This document shows, one piece after another, positions 55,600-64,000 of a stretch of 64,000 nucleotides of DNA; position 1 is the first letter of the stretch, and every line of letters starts with the position of its first letter. A program made the position numbers and the translations under genes. Under the pieces are notes generated by a model, which was given only the letters and a program-made list of their open reading frames with translations, made no database searches and had not been told where the DNA came from. Origin of the DNA: a virus; IMG/VR virus record IMGVR_UViG_3300009127_000250, positions 27,195 to 91,194 of that record; one strand, written 5' to 3'.

Positions 55600-56379
55600 A
55601 TGAAGCTTTATGATCTAACAAATATTTCGTTTGACAATAAAATCACCCCCACCTTTGCCTGCGTCTTTGACCGGCATGCCTTTATTTCACACGTTCTGCG
55701 GTGCAAATATGAAAGAGGCGGCTACGAACTTAATGAAACCAAAGTGATTTTATTTAAGCTGGCCTCACAGATCTATCGCAATCCAATCTATTTTGATGCA
55801 TTTACCAGAAATGTATTTGTTGATCGTGATGTGTCGGACATGAACCGACTCGGTGCTTGCCCTGTCAGAGCAGAATTCGAACACGCATTTGTGTTCGGCA
55901 GCATCCGTGAAGCTTTCTGGATCAGAGGCTATACCAAAATTGAAGGCAAGCCCAAAACTCTATGGGGCGATCTCATTGCCATTCATCCGTTCGGCCAGGA
56001 CGATCCCTGGGGCGGCTGGCACTCCTATTACATCCTCAAAGAATCCAACCCTATCCATCAAAAGTGGGTCACTCGGAACGAATACAAAGGCATTCTGAAA
56101 CGCTACGGTCAGTCCGCAACGTATGTCAGTTATGCAATTTCATTTCCGTGGAAGCGATATAAAACCTATTTCGAAAAAAATGGCGAGTTCAGCAAAGCTT
56201 TTATTGAAGGTCATTTTGGGATCAGCGTCAAGGATTTCTGGCGCAACTGTAAACACGGCAATTATGAGCATATTAAGCAGCTCAAAAAAGAGCGCAGACT
56301 TGCCCCATCCCGATTCGTTCCGGGCGTAACAAAATTTGATCGCGGACCTCAGCCCGTACAGACAGCATTATTTAATTAG
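55600..56379 (+). CDS. hypothetical protein
   Basis: 259-aa ORF. Confidence 0.7.
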   Translation: MKLYDLTNISFDNKITPTFACVFDRHAFISHVLRCKYERGGYELNETKVILFKLASQIYRNPIYFDAFTRNVFVDRDVSDMNRLGACPVRAEFEHAFVFGSIREAFWIRGYTKIEGKPKTLWGDLIAIHPFGQDDPWGGWHSYYILKESNPIHQKWVTRNEYKGILKRYGQSATYVSYAISFPWKRYKTYFEKNGEFSKAFIEGHFGISVKDFWRNCKHGNYEHIKQLKKERRLAPSRFVPGVTKFDRGPQPVQTALFN

Positions 56380-56387
56380 GAGTAACC

Positions 56388-56606
56388 ATGAAGCCATCTA
56401 AAAGAAAGCTGAAAATTATCAACAAAATGATCGGCAAAGATACAGGTATTCAAAGTGAAATTGCCAAATTAATCGATAAGCACGGTCATTGGGGCCAGTA
56501 CGACAAATACGACAGAGAGGACTGGAAGTACGAAATTACCAACAGTTATACCAACCTCGGCTATTGGGAATGGGTTGTCCATCAAATAGAAGCCGAAGAT
56601 GCTTAG
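56388..56606 (+). CDS. hypothetical phage protein
   Basis: AGGAG RBS; DWKYE...T.LGYWEWV. Confidence 0.65.
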   Translation: MKPSKRKLKIINKMIGKDTGIQSEIAKLIDKHGHWGQYDKYDREDWKYEITNSYTNLGYWEWVVHQIEAEDA

Positions 56607-56619
56607 AAGGAAAACCATC

Positions 56620-56784
56620 ATGAAAAAATGGCTGTCAGTGCCAAAAGAAAAATGCGAACTGGCAGGACCGTATGAATGTCCGGCCTGCGGATATCACTGC
56701 ATGATCGATACTACTTTTCTTGACCAGGTTCAAGATACGATTATTTGTCCGTCATGCGTAACAATATCGGAAGTTCCAGAATAA
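56620..56784 (+). CDS. small Zn-ribbon protein
   Basis: CPAC...CPSC. Confidence 0.55.
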   Translation: MKKWLSVPKEKCELAGPYECPACGYHCMIDTTFLDQVQDTIICPSCVTISEVPE

Positions 56785-56824
56785 TTTTTAATTGTTCTTA
56801 ACTAAAATTTGTCCAAGGAAAACT

Positions 56825-57025
56825 ATGCCCGTATATGAATTTGAATGCGAAGATTGTGGCGAGATCTTTGAACTTATCACGATTAAAAGTCAAAAAACGG
56901 CTCCATGCCCCGAATGTATCGGCGGGCCTGACGATAAACCTGGAAGGGGGATCAAAGTTCCTTCCGCAGCGAACTTTGTAGTGAAAGGCTATAACGCTAA
57001 AAACCAATATTCAAAGGCAAGTTAA
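56825..57025 (+). CDS. FmdB-family Zn-ribbon protein
   Basis: MPVYEFECEDCG..FE...CPEC...F..KG. Confidence 0.8.
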   Translation: MPVYEFECEDCGEIFELITIKSQKTAPCPECIGGPDDKPGRGIKVPSAANFVVKGYNAKNQYSKAS

Positions 57026-57328
57026 ATGGAAGCACATCAAATAGTAGAAGAATGCGACAATTTTTGTAATGGCTGCTTGATGTCTATTCGTGGATGCAAG
57101 GATGCCATTATCAGAGATCAAACAGATAAAAAATGTACTGGCTGTGATCATATTATCGAAAGGGATGATCTGGCTGAATGCACAGCATGGTACTGCAATG
57201 CCTACGCCAATCCGTCTTTAAAATGGCGAAATGACCAAATATGCCCGCTTGCCACGCATGTCAAAGCGGCCAGTTCAGTCAAGTCCGAAAAGGTCAGGGT
57301 CGGCCAGCAAAAAAGGAAAAAACACTAA
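57026..57328 (+). CDS. PxxKW-family Cys-rich protein
   Basis: CTGCDHI...C.AY.NPSLKW...CPLATH...KVRVGQQK. Confidence 0.75.
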   Translation: MEAHQIVEECDNFCNGCLMSIRGCKDAIIRDQTDKKCTGCDHIIERDDLAECTAWYCNAYANPSLKWRNDQICPLATHVKAASSVKSEKVRVGQQKRKKH

Positions 57329-57834
57329 TGAGCACCCGTGAAATTCTTGACAAGCTGCTGCTTAACGATTTTGAGGTTGAAGATATTGTTTCTCACCTTG
57401 GAGATCCAAACGCTGTCAGCGATATGGTTGAATTCAGGATGGGTCTTACCGGCTCAAAAATACCAAACAGTATTTGGAACAACGCTCCGACCAGAATTTA
57501 TCAGCTTAAAATCCCTGATGAAATTCAGGGCCTCATTGATCGGCTGTATAAAATATTACAAAGCACGAAATCATCTACAGATTTTGATCAGCTCATACTG
57601 ACAAATCTTGTTCGTGACGGCCTTGTTCACCTTCATGAGCGGCACAAACGGCGCTACGCCCGGCTGAAAGGCTATGACATCATAGACTGTCCTATGTGTG
57701 ACCGGCCTTTTATAACCGGTGGTAAAAAGAATTGTGATTACAATGCCATCAAAAAATACGGCGGCTGCACCCACTGCCTTGGATATTGTCCGATCTGCTC
57801 AAAAGAAAAAGGAAAAACCCATGATGATTCCTGA
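57328..57834 (+). CDS. hypothetical protein with C-terminal Cys cluster
   Basis: TAATG coupling; CPMC, CTHC, CPIC. Confidence 0.6.
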   Translation: MSTREILDKLLLNDFEVEDIVSHLGDPNAVSDMVEFRMGLTGSKIPNSIWNNAPTRIYQLKIPDEIQGLIDRLYKILQSTKSSTDFDQLILTNLVRDGLVHLHERHKRRYARLKGYDIIDCPMCDRPFITGGKKNCDYNAIKKYGGCTHCLGYCPICSKEKGKTHDDS

Positions 57835-58081
57835 CAGAATTACAATCGAAAGTTACATTGAAGCTACCATCATAGTTGCAAAATTTTTATGGAAGGTCTT
57901 TAAAAAACACCGCCTTAATCTGCCTGGATGGAACTATGAACTTAAACTGTTTACTGCATGGCAAAGAATCGGAACTGAATTATTGAAGTTGCAAATTGAG
58001 GTCCGGATGCTCCAAATTCAGCAGGCATTCAAGGAAGATCCAGTTATTTTACTAACCGATGAAGTCAAGGACGCAGCATGA
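57821..58081 (+). CDS. hypothetical protein
   Basis: operon packing. Confidence 0.5.
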   Translation: MMIPDRITIESYIEATIIVAKFLWKVFKKHRLNLPGWNYELKLFTAWQRIGTELLKLQIEVRMLQIQQAFKEDPVILLTDEVKDAA

Positions 58082-58275
58082 AGATCCTCACACCATCCGA
58101 CATGCTTGATAAATTCAAGTTGGAAGTATGCGCCAAAACTGAGGACATAGATCCCGATGAAGAAAGAGATTGGTTTTGTCTTTCTATCGGGTACTTCCTT
58201 GCTCTCGGAGCCGGCCCTGAGCTATCTCATGAGCTGGCTCGAACAGCACGATATAAATACGGTTACTGGCAATAA
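58078..58275 (+). CDS. hypothetical protein
   Basis: ATGA coupling. Confidence 0.55.
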   Translation: MKILTPSDMLDKFKLEVCAKTEDIDPDEERDWFCLSIGYFLALGAGPELSHELARTARYKYGYWQ

Positions 58276-58292
58276 ATTAAGGACGCAGCCTA

Positions 58293-58520
58293 ATGGGATT
58301 CTGGAATCAATATCCAAAACGAAAAGACCGACGCAAGCCGCGCAAATTTCCAAGCAACGGATGTTATCCTGGCGGTAGCTGTCCCTGGTGTCGTGGTAAT
58401 CGCCGGTTTTTTGATCGTAAACGCCGGGTTCCAGCCGATCAGGAGTTGGCTAAATATCAAAAAGGGAAAGGAAGAACGCAACATGGGGATGGAGATAGCC
58501 GAAATCAAAGAAAGGATTGA
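58293..58520 (+). CDS. small basic Cys-containing protein
   Basis: RKP...C..GGSCPWCRGNR pattern. Confidence 0.55.
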   Translation: MGFWNQYPKRKDRRKPRKFPSNGCYPGGSCPWCRGNRRFFDRKRRVPADQELAKYQKGKGRTQHGDGDSRNQRKD

Positions 58521-58710
58521 CAAACCCGACTCCCTGTGGCGAGTATGGCATTTGGTGGACCCGGACGAACCGTATAGCGTTTATGACCTTTCAATCGATG
58601 ATCTGATAAAAAGGTATCCAACGGCCGCTGTTATGCTGGCTGAATGCCACGGCATCGAGCTTGAAGTCATTGGTAAAAAACACATAAGGATCGCCAGAAT
58701 TGAAATTTAA
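58483..58710 (+). CDS. hypothetical protein
   Basis: overlap packing. Confidence 0.5.
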   Translation: MGMEIAEIKERIDKPDSLWRVWHLVDPDEPYSVYDLSIDDLIKRYPTAAVMLAECHGIELEVIGKKHIRIARIEI

Positions 58711-58981
58711 ATTAATCATCATACTGATTGCTTTGATTTTTGTCCTTCAAGTTTGGGCCGGCGAGCCATTATTGAGGGACGGACAGCGTCTACAACCGGA
58801 CAGATGGAATAAAAACCGTATCAATATTACCACAGGCGCCGGCAAGAAGGTCGGCCACATCCAGCGGGATCCGTGGGGGCCCAACAAGATGACAGTTCAC
58901 GACAAAAACGGAAAGCATACCAAGGATTTAAAGCGTGATCTGTTCTGGCCGGATCGGTGGAAGGTGAAGGAAGATCAATGA
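58700..58981 (+). CDS. exported small protein
   Basis: signal-peptide-like N-terminus; D.W..P repeats. Confidence 0.55.
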   Translation: MKFKLIIILIALIFVLQVWAGEPLLRDGQRLQPDRWNKNRINITTGAGKKVGHIQRDPWGPNKMTVHDKNGKHTKDLKRDLFWPDRWKVKEDQ

Positions 58982-59196
58982 AACGAATCTGTCTTACATG
59001 CAAAGAGGACGAAACGGAATATTACGATAAGATCACTCAGATCTTAATGAAATATCCACATAGTCAGTTCGTAAATCCCGGTGGCCGGGAGTTTGAATTT
59101 AGTTTCGGCAGATGTCACGTTCAGGATTATTGCTATAAAGAAGATTACGAAACGCTTCGTAGTTTTCTGCTTAAAAACAACAAAGAGTTGCCGTAA
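58978..59196 (+). CDS. hypothetical protein
   Basis: ATGA coupling. Confidence 0.5.
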   Translation: MKRICLTCKEDETEYYDKITQILMKYPHSQFVNPGGREFEFSFGRCHVQDYCYKEDYETLRSFLLKNNKELP

Positions 59197-59411
59197 AGGG
59201 ATCATGTCCGAATATCAACACATAATCTGTGCTTAAATTAAAAATGGTGTTCATGATGTTGGTCCCGAATCTTTTCTTTTGGATGATCCACGATTGAGGC
59301 AAGGGATCTTGAGTTTTAGTTATTCTTATGACGATCTGTATGTTGTGTCCTGTAATATCGTATAACTTTGCGCAAAATATCACAATATAACTGGCTAAAA
59401 GGAGGAAAAGT

Positions 59412-59854
59412 ATGCGTCAGTATTGGCTTGGTGTGGTTGGAAGTATTATGGCTGTAGATGATTTTGAATCAAGACTTTGGTGGTGTTTTCCACCAAAAGC
59501 TAAGCGAGGTGATTACATATTTATGTACTGCACAAAAACTGTTAGTGAAAAACGACAGGGTATTTTTTGTTTGTGCAAACTAAAAACAGCACCTAAGGTT
59601 CAAAATGAAAAGAACCTTAGTTGCTCAGGATACGGAAAAACCAGTTTCGCTATAAAGGAAGTCTTCTTTATGGTGACTTGGAATTTATTGAAAGATTCAA
59701 AATTCACTTAACAGCTAAGAAAATAAAGAAAGATAGAAAATTATATGAAATTAGCGCAGTAAGGAGAAATTTTCAAGGCACGACTTTCGAGCTTGATAAA
59801 TTTGCTTTTGATAGAATGAAATTGATTTTGAAGGAAAAAAATAAGGATTGCTAA
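59412..59854 (+). pseudogene. EVE/PUA-like domain gene split by a 1-nt frameshift near 59636-59640
   Basis: YWL...WW...AKRGDYIFMY...GIF in one frame, continuing L.AK.IK.D...NFQGTTFEL in the overlapping frame; GGAGG RBS. Confidence 0.55.
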
Positions 59855-59879
59855 GAACACAAAATAACAGAATAGAATA

Positions 59880-60842
59880 TTATTCTTCGATTATAAATAT
59901 TTCTGCCGGCAAACTATCTACGTTTTCTTGTATTTTGGAAGCTTCTTCTGGCGGTTCATTTAATTCAACATTTGTTAAGGGATTTAAATATCTATAAATT
60001 TCTAATAAAGGATTATTATTTCTAATTTGAACTAATTTCACCCCTTGATTCTCGGCTGTTTGATAAACTCTTGAACTTTGTCCAAGTTTGTCAAAAATTA
60101 CTACTCCATGTCGCCCCACTCTTCCTATTTTATCTTCAATCACTTCTTGATTTCCTGAAGCTATAAGGCCAAGTTCTATTCTTATTCTTCCTCGTTTAGA
60201 TTCAACTTCCGCATCTGCTTCTCGATCAACTTCCGCATCTCTATCAATATTCATCCAACAATTTACATTTTCTGTAAAACCCAACAATGTTAATATTGCC
60301 CGTGTTAAAACTCCCTCAAACTGTTTACCTATCTTAGATTTTTGAGATCCTCTTATATTGAGAGTAGCAGATCCTGCCATTAATAAAAGCCATGCTTGAT
60401 CTTTAAAATCTTCTCTCCCGATGTCGGAAAACAACTCATGAAAAAATTCTATTGTTTCTTTTAAAATCTCTGGATAATGTTCTTTCTTAAACCCTAAGTT
60501 TGTAGCTGTTTTTGCCGCTAACCCCATTATCCACAAAAGGAGATTTTTTAATTCTTTTGGTGTACTTGTTTTAGTATTTAAATCTTGTAAAAGAAACTCC
60601 ATCCAATCTGGACCATATTTTTCTATAGCATCCTTTTGTATCTCACTTAACCATAAATAGGTTGCTAACAATTTACCTTTTGTGTTGTATTCAGTTAGCA
60701 GTCTGTAATTTCCCCCCATAAGGGTATCAAATGTGAGTTTTCTCAATGCTATCTCTGAAAAAGGATCAGTTAAAATAACATTTTTCGCGAGCCATTCTTT
60801 ATAATTGTCTAATCTATAATCAAATTCCATATTAGTAGCCAT
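59880..60842 (-). CDS. Type II restriction endonuclease, CfrBI-like
   Basis: G.NYRLLTE, AGSATLNIRGSQKSKIGKQFE, RE.DA, IELGLI..GN.EVI.DK. Confidence 0.75.
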   Translation of the reverse strand: MATNMEFDYRLDNYKEWLAKNVILTDPFSEIALRKLTFDTLMGGNYRLLTEYNTKGKLLATYLWLSEIQKDAIEKYGPDWMEFLLQDLNTKTSTPKELKNLLLWIMGLAAKTATNLGFKKEHYPEILKETIEFFHELFSDIGREDFKDQAWLLLMAGSATLNIRGSQKSKIGKQFEGVLTRAILTLLGFTENVNCWMNIDRDAEVDREADAEVESKRGRIRIELGLIASGNQEVIEDKIGRVGRHGVVIFDKLGQSSRVYQTAENQGVKLVQIRNNNPLLEIYRYLNPLTNVELNEPPEEASKIQENVDSLPAEIFIIEE

Positions 60843-61983
60843 TTCTGAACCTTTCATGAATATCAAAATCTACTCTTTTTATTTCAGGAAACAACTTTTT
60901 TTTGTTTTGTTTCATATAATCAAAATATTTTGGCTCATTATCTATTAACAGGAATCTTCTATTTAGCTCATGGGCTGCTTCACCAACTGTTCCAATTCCG
61001 GCAAAAGGATCTAATACCAAATCATCTTTAAAGGAGTAATATCTTATCACTTTTTTAGCTAATTCTAAAGGAAATACAGCAGGATGTATTTTTGAATGTC
61101 CTGGATGAATTTCCCAAACATTAGTAACATCATAATCACCTAAGATTTTAGACTCCTCTACGAGATTAGGGTCGTGATGCTTTCTTAAATTCCAATCAAT
61201 AAGTTTATCAGTCTTTTTTCGATAGACTATAATATATTCAGTTACTGGAACAGGTTTATATTGCAATGGTTGACGATCTGCTGCAAACCTTCTACCCCTA
61301 CCAAGATTCCAACCAGCTCCTTCTGGTTTCACCCAGATTATATCATCTATAAATTCAAACCCTACACTATCAAATATTTTATGAAAATCAAAGGGGATAG
61401 GAATCCTTTTGCTGGAAGTATTTCTGGATGTTCGTCTAATTAGAATTGGGGAAACATTTATAACAAAAAATCTACCTTCTGATAAAATTGAATGAGTTCT
61501 TTTTATAACTTTTCTAATAAAATCTAAGTATTCTTGGTAATCAACATATTCTGAATATTCAGGTTTTGCGTTAAAATATGGTGGAGAAGTAAAAACCAAT
61601 TGAGCAGTATCTGGCGGGAAATCTTCTAAAACATCTACACTATCTCCTAAAATTACTTTATTAGGGATTGCTGCTGGATAAAAACGCTTTGCCTTTGTTT
61701 TCCGTTTTTTGGGTTTGGTGTCTTTATACTTATTGACCCTTGATTTGATAATTTTCGTATCAGTTGAATCTATTATTTTAGTCAATTGTTGATCTATATT
61801 TATCTCACCTATAAGCCTATTCTTATCATTTTTTAGTTTTAGTGGGACTCTCCAAATTTCATGGCGATCATCATATTCAGGCAATCCCAATAAGACAAAT
61901 TCAGAACAATCTGATAATTTTTCATTAATCCATTTACCAGAAAGTGCTTTTGCTTTTTTTACTGAGCCTTTCTCAAATAACAT
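60832..61983 (-). CDS. N4-cytosine/N6-adenine DNA methyltransferase (beta class)
   Basis: FTSPPY, HPAVFP, DPFAGIGT. Confidence 0.92.
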   Translation of the reverse strand: MLFEKGSVKKAKALSGKWINEKLSDCSEFVLLGLPEYDDRHEIWRVPLKLKNDKNRLIGEINIDQQLTKIIDSTDTKIIKSRVNKYKDTKPKKRKTKAKRFYPAAIPNKVILGDSVDVLEDFPPDTAQLVFTSPPYFNAKPEYSEYVDYQEYLDFIRKVIKRTHSILSEGRFFVINVSPILIRRTSRNTSSKRIPIPFDFHKIFDSVGFEFIDDIIWVKPEGAGWNLGRGRRFAADRQPLQYKPVPVTEYIIVYRKKTDKLIDWNLRKHHDPNLVEESKILGDYDVTNVWEIHPGHSKIHPAVFPLELAKKVIRYYSFKDDLVLDPFAGIGTVGEAAHELNRRFLLIDNEPKYFDYMKQNKKKLFPEIKRVDFDIHERFRNGY

Positions 61984-62058
61984 TGGATTCAGATTTTATT
62001 TTGGATTTGGAATATAGGAATAGTACCACGAAATATTATTACAAAATTAGCTATTATA

Positions 62059-62106
62059 CCAAAATATATTGTGTGTCAATAATTATCAATACACAATATA
62101 TAGCAT
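62059..62106. promoter_or_regulatory. tandem NrdR-box-like palindromes
   Basis: CCAAAATATATTGTGT 62059-62074 and ACACAATATATAGCAT 62091-62106, starts 32 bp apart. Confidence 0.5.
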
Positions 62107-62717
62107 ATATATAACAAACTGGAATTTTTAGGAAGTTCGTTTACATGGCTTGGTTGGATACTATCTTAGCATTTCATTTTGCGGTGTACCCCCCTCAAAG
62201 CCCTACCCCCTTAATCAATCAAATTGCCACCAGTAGCAGCCTCTTTTGTAAGCAATAGCACAACAGGAATATCTATCTTATGTCAACCATTATTCTATGC
62301 ATTAATTTACGATACCTGCCTTTCAATCAATATCCAGGTCACCTCAGAATATGAATTGATTGGGGTTCCTTATCTTCAATCATAAACAATTTGTGATATG
62401 GTCAAAAATCGGAAAAGCGGCCGGCGGTGATACGTAATGGTGAGCGCGGGGTTTTGAACGTCTTAAAACCTGCACTATCTCCAACGTATTTGCACATTAA
62501 ATGGCTTTTGAAATGTTTTGATATCTTAAGTGTCAATAGAGGTTTTAATTCGTTTTCAGGTTCGTCAAGTCAAGTATAGGTCAGGACAAATAATGGAAGT
62601 TAATAATGAATTTCAAGGTCGAATTTAACTACAAAGACGGTCTGCTGCACGTGAAAAAACCGCAGGGTGAGGAAAAGGCATTCCTGTGGCCTCTGCCCGA
62701 AGTCGAAGTTCAGCCCT

Positions 62718-63032
62718 TTATCCGGTTTGTGAGTGAATCAACTTTGGCCGCTCCCCAGGCATTTTCTGCTCAAACTTCTCCGGATTTGCCGTCATCATCC
62801 GATATCTCTGAAAGTCAGCCGTAATCAATTCGTTATTCATAAGCGCAATAAAAGCCAGTATGATATAAAATTCTTTTTTTCGGTGCTTAATTTTATACTT
62901 GGCAGCCAATTTAAATACGGCTTGCGACAACGGATCGCTGGGCAAATTTTCCTGAATCTGATCCTTCATCCACCTCACCGGATCTTTCCTGAAAGCCTCT
63001 ACCTCTTTAGAATTCATTGGCATTCGATACAT
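62718..63032 (-). CDS. hypothetical protein
   Basis: GGAG RBS; follows the 63035-63361 gene. Confidence 0.55.
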   Translation of the reverse strand: MYRMPMNSKEVEAFRKDPVRWMKDQIQENLPSDPLSQAVFKLAAKYKIKHRKKEFYIILAFIALMNNELITADFQRYRMMTANPEKFEQKMPGERPKLIHSQTG

Positions 63033-63034
63033 AT

Positions 63035-63361
63035 CTAATTTCTCCCAAGCATTCGGTCAGCTACATCGTGATAAGTTACCATCTGTGCAACTATAAAAGT
63101 AAGATCTGAAAGATCTTGATGGATTATAATTACCTTGTTTAAGTCAAATTCCTGATCTGCAAGATGGGTTTTGAGGGTCTCAGGCAACATGCCAGGATCC
63201 TGCTGTACCAAACCAACCCAAGCCCTCATATCAAAATGTCCGTATCCAGCAACAAATTTCATTCGTTCCAAAATCGATTCAGGAATTTTAATCTCACGAA
63301 TAACAGCATGATCAGATATTCGTTTTTTGGTGGCTTGATATTGATCCAAGTTAGTCATCAT
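63035..63361 (-). CDS. hypothetical protein
   Basis: GGGG RBS, 108 aa. Confidence 0.6.
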   Translation of the reverse strand: MMTNLDQYQATKKRISDHAVIREIKIPESILERMKFVAGYGHFDMRAWVGLVQQDPGMLPETLKTHLADQEFDLNKVIIIHQDLSDLTFIVAQMVTYHDVADRMLGRN

Positions 63362-64000
63362 AGCCCCGTTTCCATTTTGGTAATGTCATTACCAAAATAA
63401 TATAAAATAATATAAAACTATGGAAAATCGCCTTGCAACCCCCTTAAAAATTTGTAATAATTTCAAGGCTTGAAAAAATCAGTACAATATAGGGGCTAAC
63501 AGGTATTTCAGTTTTGCTGATCAAGGTTATATCGCCCGTATGAACGGCGAGTTTGATCAGCAAATTCAAACCTAAGCTGAGCGTTTCAAATTTTAAAAGG
63601 GGATCAAATATATTTTGTTTTCAATGAATTATTTTGATTTATATTTTTAAAATTCGAAACCCTTCGGGATTGCCGATCTTACCGCATCTACTGTGTCAGA
63701 TGCCGTCCCGCATAGTTGACTATAGCGGAACGACATCTTCCTTGTATCTGCGGCAATCTCGACAATCGCTCAACTTAGGTCAAAAGTAGTTTTGATTTGT
63801 TCTAAGTTTTTATAGGTTACGGAAGATTAGAAATTAAATGACAAAAGATTCGTCTACTGATAATAAAATGTAAACTGTTGAGTTATCACTGCTGTCCGGT
63901 TAACTTTTTTGAAAAGCAAGTTAACTATATGAATTTAAATTAAATATTGACGAAATTGAAAGGGAACGATTTGAATTTGCCTTAAACCTGGTTTCATGGT

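Overview
The whole window looks like part of a large tailed (siphovirus-like) phage or phage-plasmid. A PxxKW-family Cys-rich protein suggests a Desulfobacterota host. Layout: 1-22 kb holds early/accessory genes (DUF5664 diphosphohydrolase, SSB, DUF4326, NADAR, HAD nucleotidase, ParB, AAA-DUF3150-VWA triad). 22-26 kb is an AT-rich fused restriction-modification island. 26-31 kb holds portal and terminases on the - strand, with an intein in TerL. 31-50 kb holds head, tail and lysis genes. 51-55.4 kb holds tRNA clusters around a TROVE/Ro60 gene with candidate Y-like RNAs. 59-62 kb is a second R-M island (CfrBI-like). The standout is a nuclease-less Nop-domain (IS110-related) protein at 7502-8371, followed directly by a ~36-nt-period dual-repeat array (8379-8797; 11 full units of edge repeat/spacer A/loop repeat/spacer B). 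This is TIGR-Tas (TasA-like) architecture. Both spacers of unit 3 are complementary, colinearly and on one strand, to a structured RNA candidate just after the Ro60 gene (54331-54420). That hints at snoRNA-like RNA targeting or an anti-guide RNA. Other points: a recurring CTTACT-N3-AGTAAG palindrome, a class 3-like intein with Ser at the F4 position, tRNA duplication and fragments, Frpo-like giant hairpins, and NrdR-like boxes before both R-M loci. All calls come from reading motifs by eye; no searches were run.
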